From Candidatus Latescibacterota bacterium (GTDB lineage Bacteria; Latescibacterota; UBA2968; UBA8231), in NCBI GenBank assembly GCA_007136405.1, contig SLHA01000007.1, positions 1 through 64,000 on the forward strand: a DNA stretch of 64,000 nucleotides, in the 5' to 3' direction. Positions 9,427-18,270 of the stretch are shown one piece after another (within the stretch, counting starts at the first letter, position 1; each line of letters starts with the position of its first letter). The position numbers and the translations under genes are program-made. A model generated the notes under the pieces. It ran no database searches. It was given only the letters and a program-made list of their open reading frames with translations, and was not told where the DNA came from.

Positions 9427-9822
9427 CTAGCCCTCGTTCTCAGCTATACATAAGCAAACACCAGTCCGCAGACAAGGGCTGTCAACAGCCATTGACCAGC
9501 CTTTCGACAGATCATGGCGCCGGCGGTAGACGTTCGCCACAAACGCTGTATACAAACCGCTATCCACACCGGCCGCGGCAGCGATGGCCGCGTTTTCGTC
9601 CAGCCAGTGGGGGGCCAGATCCAGGGCAATCCGCACAAAAGTCTCCGCCTGCGCCTGCAGGTGCCTCCGGGTCAATCCGGCCTCCCGCGCCGGTGCCAGG
9701 TACTGGAGCTCCAGATCCTGATGGATGGCTTCCCGGTTGATGCACCCCCAGGCAGCGCCTATCTCCGCCGGTGTGCCGGTCAGCGGCGTGCAGGCGACCG
9801 ATGCAGGGGATTGGTCCGACAC
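9427..9822 (-). CDS. Hypothetical protein (131 aa), first gene of the putative encapsulin operon
   Basis: GTG start 6 nt after a perfect AGGAGG RBS. The ORF is non-repetitive with moderately GC3-biased codons. No recognisable motif. The N-terminal 37 codons of the track ORF have poor GC3 and were discarded. Confidence 0.4.
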   Translation of the reverse strand: MSDQSPASVACTPLTGTPAEIGAAWGCINREAIHQDLELQYLAPAREAGLTRRHLQAQAETFVRIALDLAPHWLDENAAIAAAAGVDSGLYTAFVANVYRRRHDLSKGWSMAVDSPCLRTGVCLCIAENEG

Positions 9823-9975
9823 GGTAGACCTCCTGGTATCCTTGACGGCCCATTGCGGGCACAAGAGATTCACACCGCGGTAGAGCCAGTGCGCCGCCCG
9901 GTCACCTCGACTCCGGCCGGTCGCATCAGGCATTCACCGGCGCCGAATCGGATTACCAGCCAAGAGAGTGAACCC

Positions 9976-11199
9976 ATGCGCAATCATCCATTGGACGGCA
10001 TCCCCCGTCCGGATCTCCGCATCACCGATGTCGATGTCCTGCCGCTGTCCTACGCAGATCCCGCCGGCGACCTGTGGCATACCGGCAAGTACCAGGTCTG
10101 GAAGACGGACGGCGCCATCACGCGCATCTACACGGATCAGGGCATCGTCGGTATCGGCGAAGGCTCACCGTATGAGGGACCGGACTACATAAAAGAGTAT
10201 ACCGAGGAAACCATCAAGCCGCTGCTGCTCGGTATGAATCCGTTCGACGTGGAACTGCTGACCAACCGGGGCAATACCAGCCGGGCGGGCCGGGCTCCCT
10301 GGGCCGGGGTGGACACGGCATGCTGGGACATCATCGGCAAGGCAACGGATCGTCCGGTATACGAGTTGCTGGCCATCGACCATGAGCCTTCCCGCCGCAT
10401 CAAAATCTACGCCAGCGCCGGAGTCCAGCACGAATGGTACGCCGACGGCGAGCAGTTCCTCATCGAGGAAGCGCGGCGCTACCAGGAGCAGGGATACGAT
10501 GCCTTCAAATTCCGGTGCGGCACGGACTGGCAGTTCAGCGGCATGACCTATGACCGTTACTTCGGCATCCTGCGGCGCTTGCGGGAAGCCGTGGGGCCGG
10601 ATTTTCGCCTGATGCACGAAGGTATGGGAACCATGGGAGGACCGCTGGAGACTCTGGTCACCGAGGTGGCTCCCGTCCTGGAGGAACTGGGCTTCTACTG
10701 GTTCGAGGAAGCTCCTGGCAACACTGCGCTGGAGCATATCGATCTCTTCCTGCGGCTGCGCGACGCCATGCCCTCGGTGATGGTCTCCGGCGGCGAGCGG
10801 TTCCGCGAACGCTTCGAGGCGCAGGAGTGGCTGGACCGCGGCGCCCTGGACATCATCCAGACGGACTGTAACGTGACCGGCCTGACGGAAAACTGGCACA
10901 TCGCCCGCATGGCCCACCTGCGTGGCGTGCGCAGCATCCCGCACAACTGGCACGGCGGCGGCACCACCATGGCCAACGCCCATTTCGTCGCCGGTATTCC
11001 CAACGGCGAATACTGCGAGTTGAACCAGACGCACAATCCGCTCAAGGAGGAAATTTTCAAGGAACCGCTCACCGTGGTGGACGGCATGATGGAGCTGCCC
11101 GACAGACCCGGGTACGGTCTGGAGCTGATCGAGGATGTAGCGCAGAAGTTCCCGTACGTACCGGGATCGTATCAGAAACCGAATCCCAGATTGACCTGA
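9976..11199 (+). CDS. Enolase-superfamily enzyme (mandelate racemase / muconate lactonizing enzyme family), likely a sugar-acid dehydratase
   Basis: N-terminal capping domain (ITDVDVLPL...IYTDQGIVGIGEG) and TIM-barrel region with metal-ligand Asp/Glu spacing typical of MR/MLE members. The upstream 154 codons of the track ORF are Arg-rich and judged spurious. Confidence 0.75.
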   Translation: MRNHPLDGIPRPDLRITDVDVLPLSYADPAGDLWHTGKYQVWKTDGAITRIYTDQGIVGIGEGSPYEGPDYIKEYTEETIKPLLLGMNPFDVELLTNRGNTSRAGRAPWAGVDTACWDIIGKATDRPVYELLAIDHEPSRRIKIYASAGVQHEWYADGEQFLIEEARRYQEQGYDAFKFRCGTDWQFSGMTYDRYFGILRRLREAVGPDFRLMHEGMGTMGGPLETLVTEVAPVLEELGFYWFEEAPGNTALEHIDLFLRLRDAMPSVMVSGGERFRERFEAQEWLDRGALDIIQTDCNVTGLTENWHIARMAHLRGVRSIPHNWHGGGTTMANAHFVAGIPNGEYCELNQTHNPLKEEIFKEPLTVVDGMMELPDRPGYGLELIEDVAQKFPYVPGSYQKPNPRLT

Positions 11200-11455
11200 T
11201 GGTGCCGATCGTCACCGGTTCAGGCGAAACCACTCGTCGCCGGCACCGATGCGTCGGCTCGTTGCCGGCACAGACGCCTCAACGGAACGGCGCGTCCGCC
11301 GCCCGGGCAGAATGGCAACACAGGAGTTCGCGGGGGCGCGACGGCGCGTCCGTGTCCAGCGCCCTCGGCGGTCAAGGCCGAGCCAGCGGATCTTACCGCA
11401 ACCAGGCTGTACATGACTGGCCACAACCAAGCTGCACAAGAAAGGGAGAACCACC

Positions 11456-12700
11456 TTGTTCGAAGTCCCGGATTTCTACGATCCCAACTCACCGCGCGAC
11501 CTGCGCGTCCACCGGGTAACCGAGGATCCCAAGGGAGCTTCCGCGGTCTATCCTGACCGTCCCAGCTTCCTGGCGGACGGCCGGCGTTTCATCGTCCAGA
11601 CCTCCACCGGTCCGGCCATCTGTGATCTCGATGCCGGCGCCGCTCTGTATCCCGTCTTCACGGAGGATGCGCCCCGAAGCATTTTGTGCTCGCCGGACGG
11701 CCGCTACGGCTATTTCACCGCGAGCGGCCAAGAGGATTCCGGCAGCCTGACGGTGTCCAGAGTGGACCTCGAAACCCGGCACATCGAAGTGGTCTTTCAC
11801 GCCGAAGACCGGTTGCCCGGCGCGGACCTGCCGGCCAAGGACTTCCGCATGTCCACGGTCTCTGTGGACAACCGCCGGGTTGCGGGTATGGTAACCATCG
11901 GCGATGGCCAGTCCGCCGACAGCCAGCGTTGCGTCGTCATGCTGGATCTCGACAGCGGCCAGGCCAACCGCGTGGTGGCGAATCACGACTTCAACAATCC
12001 CCATCTACAGTACTGCCGGTCCACGGACCCGGAGGCGTCCCATGACCTGCTCATCCAGATGAACCACGGGGCCTATCTGGACGAACGCACCGGACAGTTC
12101 ATCGGCCTCGGACCGCCCGCAGACAAGGGTGTGGACGTGCATGCGGTGCGCGATGACGGCAGCAACTGGCGGGATCTGCCTTTCGGCCGGGATGGCCTGG
12201 AATCCTGTATCGGTCACCAGATCTGGCGCGGACAGGACCGGTCCGTCGTCACCGTAACGCTGCAGAACCTGGACACCAGCTACGGTTGGGCGGAAGGCTC
12301 AGCGCAGGAAGCCATAGCCGGCTGGCCGGTGCCCGCGGACAAGGACAGCCCCCATCTGGGACGGCTGCATCCGGGAGCCCGGCGGGTCGATCTGTCCCAG
12401 GGCTTCACCAGACCGCGCTTCTGCCACCTGGCCTGCGACGCCGCGGGCCTGCGTTTCGCCTTCGACACCTTTCCCATCTTCGACGGAGAACGGGCCGGGA
12501 TGCAGTTGATCGTCGGTTCGGCCGCCGATCTGGAAAGCCCGCTTCGATTCACCTACCTGCTCAACACCCAGGTGACCTTCAACAAGTCCAAGGGTTACCA
12601 CGCTCACCCCATTCTGTCGCCTGACGGCAGCATCCTGTTGTTCAACTCGAACCTTACGGGCATACCGCAGGTATACCTGGTCACCGGATTCGAGTGGTAA
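11456..12700 (+). CDS. TolB-like beta-propeller protein, resembling the oligogalacturonate-lyase family
   Basis: TTG start after an AAAGGGAGAA RBS. C-terminal GYHAHPILSPDGSILLFNSNLTGIPQVYLV is a typical TolB-type propeller blade. Repeated blade-like segments throughout. The specific function is uncertain. Confidence 0.5.
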   Translation: MFEVPDFYDPNSPRDLRVHRVTEDPKGASAVYPDRPSFLADGRRFIVQTSTGPAICDLDAGAALYPVFTEDAPRSILCSPDGRYGYFTASGQEDSGSLTVSRVDLETRHIEVVFHAEDRLPGADLPAKDFRMSTVSVDNRRVAGMVTIGDGQSADSQRCVVMLDLDSGQANRVVANHDFNNPHLQYCRSTDPEASHDLLIQMNHGAYLDERTGQFIGLGPPADKGVDVHAVRDDGSNWRDLPFGRDGLESCIGHQIWRGQDRSVVTVTLQNLDTSYGWAEGSAQEAIAGWPVPADKDSPHLGRLHPGARRVDLSQGFTRPRFCHLACDAAGLRFAFDTFPIFDGERAGMQLIVGSAADLESPLRFTYLLNTQVTFNKSKGYHAHPILSPDGSILLFNSNLTGIPQVYLVTGFEW

Positions 12701-12734
12701 TGGCGGTCTACCAATCCAGGAGAGAGGCAGAACC

Positions 12735-13622
12735 ATGCTCACTGACAGTGTACTGGATCTGATCGGCAATACCCCGCTGCTGCGGCTCAGGCAGGAGCAC
12801 ATCTACGCCAAGGCCGAGTTTCTCAATCCGGGCGGCAGCATCAAGGACCGCGTCGCCCTGGCCATGATCGAGGGCGCGGAGAGAGACGGCCGCCTGACCA
12901 GCGGCTCGGTGCTGGTGGAACCCACCTCCGGTAACACCGGCATCGGCATCGCCCTCGTAGGACGACTCAAGGGCTACCAGGTGCGCATCGTCATGCCGGA
13001 GAATATGAGCGATGAGCGCAAGAAACTGATCATCACCCTGGGCGCCGAACTCGTATTGACGCCGGCTGGCGCGAGCATCCAGGGGGCCGTCGACAGGGTC
13101 AAGGCCATGCAGGCCGAGGAAAGCCGGGTCTTCGTATGCCAGCAGTTTGAGAACCCGGACAATCCGCGCGTCCATTACGAAGAGACGGCCCATGAGCTCT
13201 GGCGCCAGATACGCGGCGACATCGGTTGCTTCGTGGCCGGGGTCGGCAGCGGCGGCACGCTCCAGGGCGTCGCCCGGTTTCTCCGCGAACGCAAACCGGA
13301 GGTGCGCATCGCGGCGGTAGAACCCAGGAATGTCGCCGCATTGTTGGGCCACGAACCCGGTCTGCATCAGATCCAGGGCATCGGCGACGGTTTCGTTCCG
13401 GATATTCTGGATGTTTCCCTGATCGATGCGGTCGTCGAGGTCACGGATGAAGATGCCATAGAGACCACACGTCAGCTTGGCAGGGATTATGGTTTGATGG
13501 TAGGGATATCGTCTGGCGCCAATGTCTGGGCCGCCCGCCAACTGGCCAAGCATATACCAGGCAATATCGCTACGGTGTTGCCAGACCGGGCGGAGCGGTA
13601 CTTCAGCACGGCGTTGATGTAG
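12735..13622 (+). CDS. cysK: Cysteine synthase A (O-acetylserine sulfhydrylase), PLP-dependent
   Basis: IGNTPLLRL...NPGGSIKDRVALAMI (PLP-binding Lys), GNTGIGIA, GVGSGGTLQG motifs. A GC-rich terminator hairpin follows it. Confidence 0.85.
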   Translation: MLTDSVLDLIGNTPLLRLRQEHIYAKAEFLNPGGSIKDRVALAMIEGAERDGRLTSGSVLVEPTSGNTGIGIALVGRLKGYQVRIVMPENMSDERKKLIITLGAELVLTPAGASIQGAVDRVKAMQAEESRVFVCQQFENPDNPRVHYEETAHELWRQIRGDIGCFVAGVGSGGTLQGVARFLRERKPEVRIAAVEPRNVAALLGHEPGLHQIQGIGDGFVPDILDVSLIDAVVEVTDEDAIETTRQLGRDYGLMVGISSGANVWAARQLAKHIPGNIATVLPDRAERYFSTALM

Positions 13623-13632
13623 ATCATCGCTC

Positions 13633-13662
13633 CTTGCCGGCGCCGGCGCCGGGCCGGCAAGG
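13633..13662 (+). terminator. GC-rich hairpin terminator after cysK
   Basis: CCTTGCCGGC-loop-GCCGGCAAGG perfect 10-bp stem. A second hairpin (GGACCGGA...TCCGGTCC) follows. Confidence 0.5.
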
Positions 13663-13779
13663 CGGAAGGACCGGACCGGCTGAACCGGCGCATCCGGTCC
13701 GGTTCCCGGCAACTCCACCAGGCATCCAACGCGGCACTAACAGGCCTGCAGGCGGTGCCGCGAAGACAATACTAACGCG

Positions 13780-13985
13780 GAGGCTTGCACCGCGGACATT
13801 TAGAGACTATGCTTGTGTAAGAAAGACATTATAACTGGAGATGAGGAGGCTAACCGCGCGAAAGCGCGGGGCGCAAAGGAGCGGGTCCTCGTCAGACAAC
13901 CGGGGCATCACAGACCAACGCTCGGTGGCTCTGCACAAGACAGCCGCACTGCTGAACCATCCGGCAGTGCGGTTTTTTCCAACCC
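13780..13985 (+). ncRNA. Candidate cis-regulatory leader RNA or small RNA of unknown class
   Basis: Non-coding 200-nt stretch starting in an AT-rich patch. It contains GGAGAUGAGGAGG...GCGCAAAGGAGCGGG...CUCUGCACAAGACAG, ends in an intrinsic terminator and abuts the AAGGAGG RBS of the next gene. Loose resemblance to the conserved glycine-riboswitch segments GGAGAG / GCGCCGAAGGAGCAA / CUCUCAGGCAAAAGGACAG, not secure by eye. Confidence 0.3.
13943..13978 (+). terminator. Canonical intrinsic terminator (8-bp GC stem plus T6 tract) ending a ~200-nt structured leader or sRNA upstream of the TPR lipoprotein gene
   Basis: CCGCACTG-ctgaaccatccgg-CAGTGCGG-TTTTTT. A T-tract terminator is unusual in this GC-rich window. 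Confidence 0.6.
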
Positions 13986-14013
13986 ACAGTTTGCGGCAAG
14001 GAGGTTGGCGGTT

Positions 14014-14478
14014 ATGATCCGACATGCCTTAACAGCTGCACTGATCCTGTTGCTGTGTGCCTGCGGTGATCCCTATCAGCAGGGACAAACGGCTTTCGAG
14101 GAAGGACGGTGGGAAGAGGCCATCGCCCGTCTGGAGCGGGTCCGGGTTCTGGATGCCAACTATCAGGAAGCAAGGCGTTTGATCGCGCGCGCCAACTTCC
14201 AGCTGGGAAAAGAAGCCTACGAGCGTCAGGAATGGAGCGATGCCCTGCAGTATCTGCAACGGGTCAGTCGCTCGGATGTTGATACTCAGGCAGCCCGTGA
14301 TCTGATCAGCAGCGCTCATTTCGAGCAGGCACAAGAGGCCTTGGAACACGGTGATCAGGAGGAGGCTGTGCGCCTGCTCAGCAGGGTCACCCGGGACTGG
14401 AAACGCTATGCCGAGGCCGAAAGCCTGCTCGTCAAGCTCAGGGATGAGGCTGCGCCGATCGCGGAGGATGCGGACTGA
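14014..14478 (+). CDS. TPR-like repeat lipoprotein
   Basis: AAGGAGG RBS. Lipobox MIRHALTAALILLLCACG. The sequence reads as tetratricopeptide-like helical repeats (EEGRWEEAIARLERV, YQEARRLIARANFQLG, WSDALQYLQRV). Confidence 0.6.
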   Translation: MIRHALTAALILLLCACGDPYQQGQTAFEEGRWEEAIARLERVRVLDANYQEARRLIARANFQLGKEAYERQEWSDALQYLQRVSRSDVDTQAARDLISSAHFEQAQEALEHGDQEEAVRLLSRVTRDWKRYAEAESLLVKLRDEAAPIAEDAD

Positions 14479-14545
14479 TCCGTCTCACGGTTCTGTTCAA
14501 CCGGGGTCCGGGCGCGGGCGGAACCGAACGAGGAGAAAGCCGACG

Positions 14546-15460
14546 ATGGAAGTGAGCATGATATGGGATAGAGCGCCCCACAATGCGTTCACCGATTTGA
14601 TACGTTTCCGTGAGCAGTGGTATTGCGCCTTCCGCGAAGGTGACAGTCATGTCTCGGAGAGCGGCAATCTGCGGGTGATCCGTTCTCTGGACGGCAGGCA
14701 CTGGACATCGGCCGCGCTGATGTGCTGGGATGGCGGCGATGTGCGCGATGCCAAGCTGTCGATCACAGCAGACGGCCAGCTCATGCTGAACGGCGCCGTG
14801 CGTCTGCTGCAGCCGCTGGGTGAGAACCGCCATCAGTCGCTGACCTGGCTGTCCCGGGACGGAGAGACCTGGAGCGGAGCGTACGCCTGTCCTTCGGGAC
14901 TGGGCACCTGGCGCTGGAGCGCCACCTGGCACCAGGGTGCAGGATACAGCTTCGGGTATAGCGGCAAAGACAGCCGCGGCACGCTGTACCGAACCTTTGA
15001 CGGGATCCACTGGGAAACGATCGCCCAGGAGGTTTTTCCCGAGGGTTATGCCAACGAGACTTCCATCGCCTTTGCGCCGGACACGGCGTACTGCCTGCTA
15101 CGCCGCGACCCGAGAGACGGCGGTCCGGAAACGGCGCAACTGGGTTCGGCGAAGCCTCCCTATGTCAACTGGACCTGGGTTGATCTCGGCCTGCGTCTGG
15201 GCGGCCCCAAGATGATCCGGTTGGAGGATGGTCGCCTGTTGGCTGTGGTGCGTCTACACGAACCTGCCCGGACGACGTTGTGCGAAGTTCAACCGGAACC
15301 CGGCCACGTGACGACACTGCTGGACCTGCCTTCGGGAGGAGACACCAGTTACGCCGGCATGGTGGTGCACCAGGGCCAGCTCTGGATCAGTTACTACTCG
15401 TCGCACCAGGAGAAGACGCAGATTTACCTGGCCAGGACCGATATTCCGGACCGTCACTGA
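14546..15460 (+). CDS. BNR/Asp-box repeat protein (sialidase-like beta-propeller)
   Basis: Three Asp-box-like motifs (SLDGRHWTS, SRDGETWSG, TFDGIHWET). GAGGAGAAAG RBS before MEVSMIW. The upstream part of the track ORF is Arg-rich and spurious. Confidence 0.6.
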   Translation: MEVSMIWDRAPHNAFTDLIRFREQWYCAFREGDSHVSESGNLRVIRSLDGRHWTSAALMCWDGGDVRDAKLSITADGQLMLNGAVRLLQPLGENRHQSLTWLSRDGETWSGAYACPSGLGTWRWSATWHQGAGYSFGYSGKDSRGTLYRTFDGIHWETIAQEVFPEGYANETSIAFAPDTAYCLLRRDPRDGGPETAQLGSAKPPYVNWTWVDLGLRLGGPKMIRLEDGRLLAVVRLHEPARTTLCEVQPEPGHVTTLLDLPSGGDTSYAGMVVHQGQLWISYYSSHQEKTQIYLARTDIPDRH

Positions 15461-15727
15461 CCGTTCCAGCCTCTTGGACCACCGCTTCCGGTGCTGTTGG
15501 CCTCCAGTATCCACGGGTGCCGCTTGTACAGGTCCTGGCGGTCTGAGGCGAAACATCCTCAGTGCTGGCGGCATTGACTCTGTCAGGCGCCACACAACTC
15601 ATCATACACGTGTTCTTCCCCTACGGGTGAAGAACCAACCCATTTCGGGCAATCCGGGGTCTGCCTTACGGGGCCCAATCCCGGATTCGCTGCGACCCAC
15701 AACGTCAGCCAAACGGACAGTGCCGAT

Positions 15728-16495
15728 ATGAAACTATCGTTGTCTGGCCGCATACTGCAGGGGAGCCCCACCCCGTTGTCGCCTGCCGATTTTATCCACC
15801 TGGCTCGTGATACCGGATTCGACCTGGTGGAGCTACGCGCCGATCAGGTTCCGGTGGACAGTTCCGAGGCCGAACTGGCTGCTCTGCACCGAGTGCTCGA
15901 TGATGCCGGAATCGGTGTCTCCATGCTGGTCATCGGCGGTGTTGCCGAAGTGGACTCCTGGATCCGCGTGGCCCGCGCGCTTGGCGTGTTGAACTTACGC
16001 GTCAACGGCACGGTAGATAGTATAGCCGCCGCAGCGGATGCGATGCCGGCTGACGTTCGGCTGGTCACGCAGATGCACAGCGGTTCGTCATTCGAGAATG
16101 TTGCCCAATCCGCCGCTAATCTGACCCGCATTCCCAGTCCGCGTTTCGGTCTGATGCCAGAGCCGGCCAACCTGCTCTTTGCCGGGGAGCGATGGTCGCC
16201 TGAGCTGTTCGCTCCCCTGCAGGAGCGGATATACGGCTGCAATGCCCAGAGCATCGCCCTGGATCCGGATAGCGGCAACCGGGTCATGATGAACGATGGC
16301 AGGCAGATCGGGTACAAGCGGCTGGATTGGCGCGACAACCATGATCTGGACTTCCCCGGTTTCCTTGCCGCTTTACGGGCCGTGGGATACGACGACTTCA
16401 TCAACTTCATCGATCCCTCGGATCCCGGCATGTCCCTGCAGGAACTGGCCGCCGGCACGGCGGCGTACGCCAGGGAGTGTCTGGCAGCAGTATGA
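15728..16495 (+). CDS. Sugar phosphate isomerase/epimerase (xylose-isomerase-like TIM barrel)
   Basis: Length and pattern of the AP-endonuclease-2 / xylose-isomerase-like TIM-barrel family. Conserved acidic residues in DLVELR and FENV-like segments. Confidence 0.55.
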   Translation: MKLSLSGRILQGSPTPLSPADFIHLARDTGFDLVELRADQVPVDSSEAELAALHRVLDDAGIGVSMLVIGGVAEVDSWIRVARALGVLNLRVNGTVDSIAAAADAMPADVRLVTQMHSGSSFENVAQSAANLTRIPSPRFGLMPEPANLLFAGERWSPELFAPLQERIYGCNAQSIALDPDSGNRVMMNDGRQIGYKRLDWRDNHDLDFPGFLAALRAVGYDDFINFIDPSDPGMSLQELAAGTAAYARECLAAV

Positions 16496-16632
16496 ATGGC
16501 ACGTCGTGCCAGGCGGCCGTTGGATCCACGGAACCATTGCGGCAAAGGGCGGCCGCGGCTGCCCATGGGAAACGCATGGCAACCGCGGCCGCCCTGTCCC
16601 TGTGGGGCAGCGCACCAGTCCCGCCGGATCCT

Positions 16633-18093
16633 TCAACACGATCCGGCGGGAACGAACCTCATGCTGTACAGGTCGGCATCGCGCATGACGAAGCGCAGCC
16701 GCACCGGACGGCTGGCCAGCGCCGAAACATCCGTGCCGTGCTTCCAGGCAGCATAGCCGCAGATCCGGTTACCGAAGATGTCCGCGGCCTCTCGCAATGC
16801 ATATCCCGGCAGCGGTTTGTTATCCGCATCGCGGATCTCCACGCGCATACTGCCCGCCGCGCTGGTGGCGTAATTCAGTTCCAGCCGTTCTCCCGTGAAA
16901 GTCAGTGGTCTGGTCAGCAATTCCCCACCGCTGTATGGCGCCCGGACGGAGGCGAATCCGTCCAGGCGCAGGCTGTACCGACGGATCTGGTTGCCGGGCT
17001 GAGCGTAGTGTTCATCGACATACAGACTCATCTCTTCGGGACCCGTCTGCACCACACCATCCACCGGATAGTTGCAGCGCGCTGACCAGTGACCCGGACC
17101 GATGCGCGGCTTGATGAAGGCCTCCATGAAGGTCCGGTCATACCAGGAGTTACCGGGCCGCGCCGTCATGAAGCAGGCGTCGCTGCAGGCATTCAACTGC
17201 GTTTGATTGATGCCGCGGACCCGCGCTTCCTCAGCAGTGATAGCCGGCCGGTTGGCCATGAAACGCGCCGGCAGGGCCACATAGATGTGAGGCGCCCGAA
17301 AGTAGGGGCGGGTCTGGTTGATGTAGAACTCCTCCACTGGTGCCGGCCTGCCACCGGTCCGGTAATCCATCACCACGCCCGGCTGCCAATGGCGGAAATC
17401 CGGGCTGGTGGCCCGCTTGATACGCCGCAGCCGGGTGGCGGTGGTGGTCGGCCCGCGGCGATCTTCTACGATACCCTCGCGGTTGCTGAACGTGCGGTAA
17501 TAAGCCACATACTGGCCTTCCGCTTCGCTCCAGAAACCCACATTCTGCGAATCGAAGGCACCATCGGAGATCAACGGCTCGGTCCCCAGCAGGCGCCAGG
17601 CGACGCCGTCCTCACTGACGAAGGCATTGAGGAATGCCTCGCGCCGGTTCTCTGCGTCCCGGGGGGTGAAATTCCGGCTGAACGCCTTGAACCGTTCACT
17701 TGCGGGTACGCCTGGACGGGTATCCACAAACGGCGCGAAGGTGTGGGTGTAGGGTTCCTCGGCCAGGATGATGTTGTTGTCGCTGTCGCCTTGCCAATCG
17801 TGCAGTTGCAGTGATGGCCGCTCGAAATGGACGCCGTCCGTGCTTCTAGCGACACAATACACCGCAGGTTCTCCGGGCAGGTGCCAGCCGCGATAGTACA
17901 GCAGGTAATGATCTCCGTCGTGCAGTATGGTCTGATACAGGCTGAAGGCGCCCTCCCAGGGCGCGTCGTGGCGCAGCACGATCTCCCGGGGTTCGGGCGC
18001 ATGCAGGTGCAGCGTCGTACGTTTCATCGTGTCGATCAGCAGTTCGTCCACGAACAGTTCGCGACGTGAACCGAGTTCCACGGGTGTCAGCAT
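16633..18093 (-). CDS. BNR/Asp-box beta-propeller glycoside-hydrolase-like protein (paralog of 51898-53397)
   Basis: Asp-box-like motifs STDGVHFERP, SEDGVAWRLL, SPDFRHWQPG. The C-terminal ~120 aa (…VRLRFVMRDADLYSMRFVP) is shared with the 51898-53397 protein. No signal peptide. Confidence 0.6.
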   Translation of the reverse strand: MLTPVELGSRRELFVDELLIDTMKRTTLHLHAPEPREIVLRHDAPWEGAFSLYQTILHDGDHYLLYYRGWHLPGEPAVYCVARSTDGVHFERPSLQLHDWQGDSDNNIILAEEPYTHTFAPFVDTRPGVPASERFKAFSRNFTPRDAENRREAFLNAFVSEDGVAWRLLGTEPLISDGAFDSQNVGFWSEAEGQYVAYYRTFSNREGIVEDRRGPTTTATRLRRIKRATSPDFRHWQPGVVMDYRTGGRPAPVEEFYINQTRPYFRAPHIYVALPARFMANRPAITAEEARVRGINQTQLNACSDACFMTARPGNSWYDRTFMEAFIKPRIGPGHWSARCNYPVDGVVQTGPEEMSLYVDEHYAQPGNQIRRYSLRLDGFASVRAPYSGGELLTRPLTFTGERLELNYATSAAGSMRVEIRDADNKPLPGYALREAADIFGNRICGYAAWKHGTDVSALASRPVRLRFVMRDADLYSMRFVPAGSC

Positions 18094-18270
18094 TCTTTGT
18101 CTCCCTGGTCTGTGTCGGCTCCGGGTTCAGCCGGCCGTTGTGTCCATAACGCGGTCACAGCAGCCCCAGCCCGCAGCGCAGTCGTTGAGCACCGGTTCAG
18201 CTGATCTTGCGCAGAGCGGCCTCGAGCTCGACACCCGAGGCCGACCGCCAAAGGTCAGCGGATCTCCCTG

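Noticed and set aside
9514-9975. Upstream 154 codons of track ORF 9514..11199
   Set aside because: Arg-rich with no domain character. The enolase-superfamily N-terminal capping domain begins at the internal Met (MRNHPLDG). The opposite strand carries a better-supported small gene with a strong RBS.
10165-11034. 289-aa minus-strand ORF
   Set aside because: Antisense to enolase paralog 1. Low-complexity translation.
12708-13718. 336-aa minus-strand ORF
   Set aside because: Antisense to cysK, which has unmistakable motifs on the plus strand.
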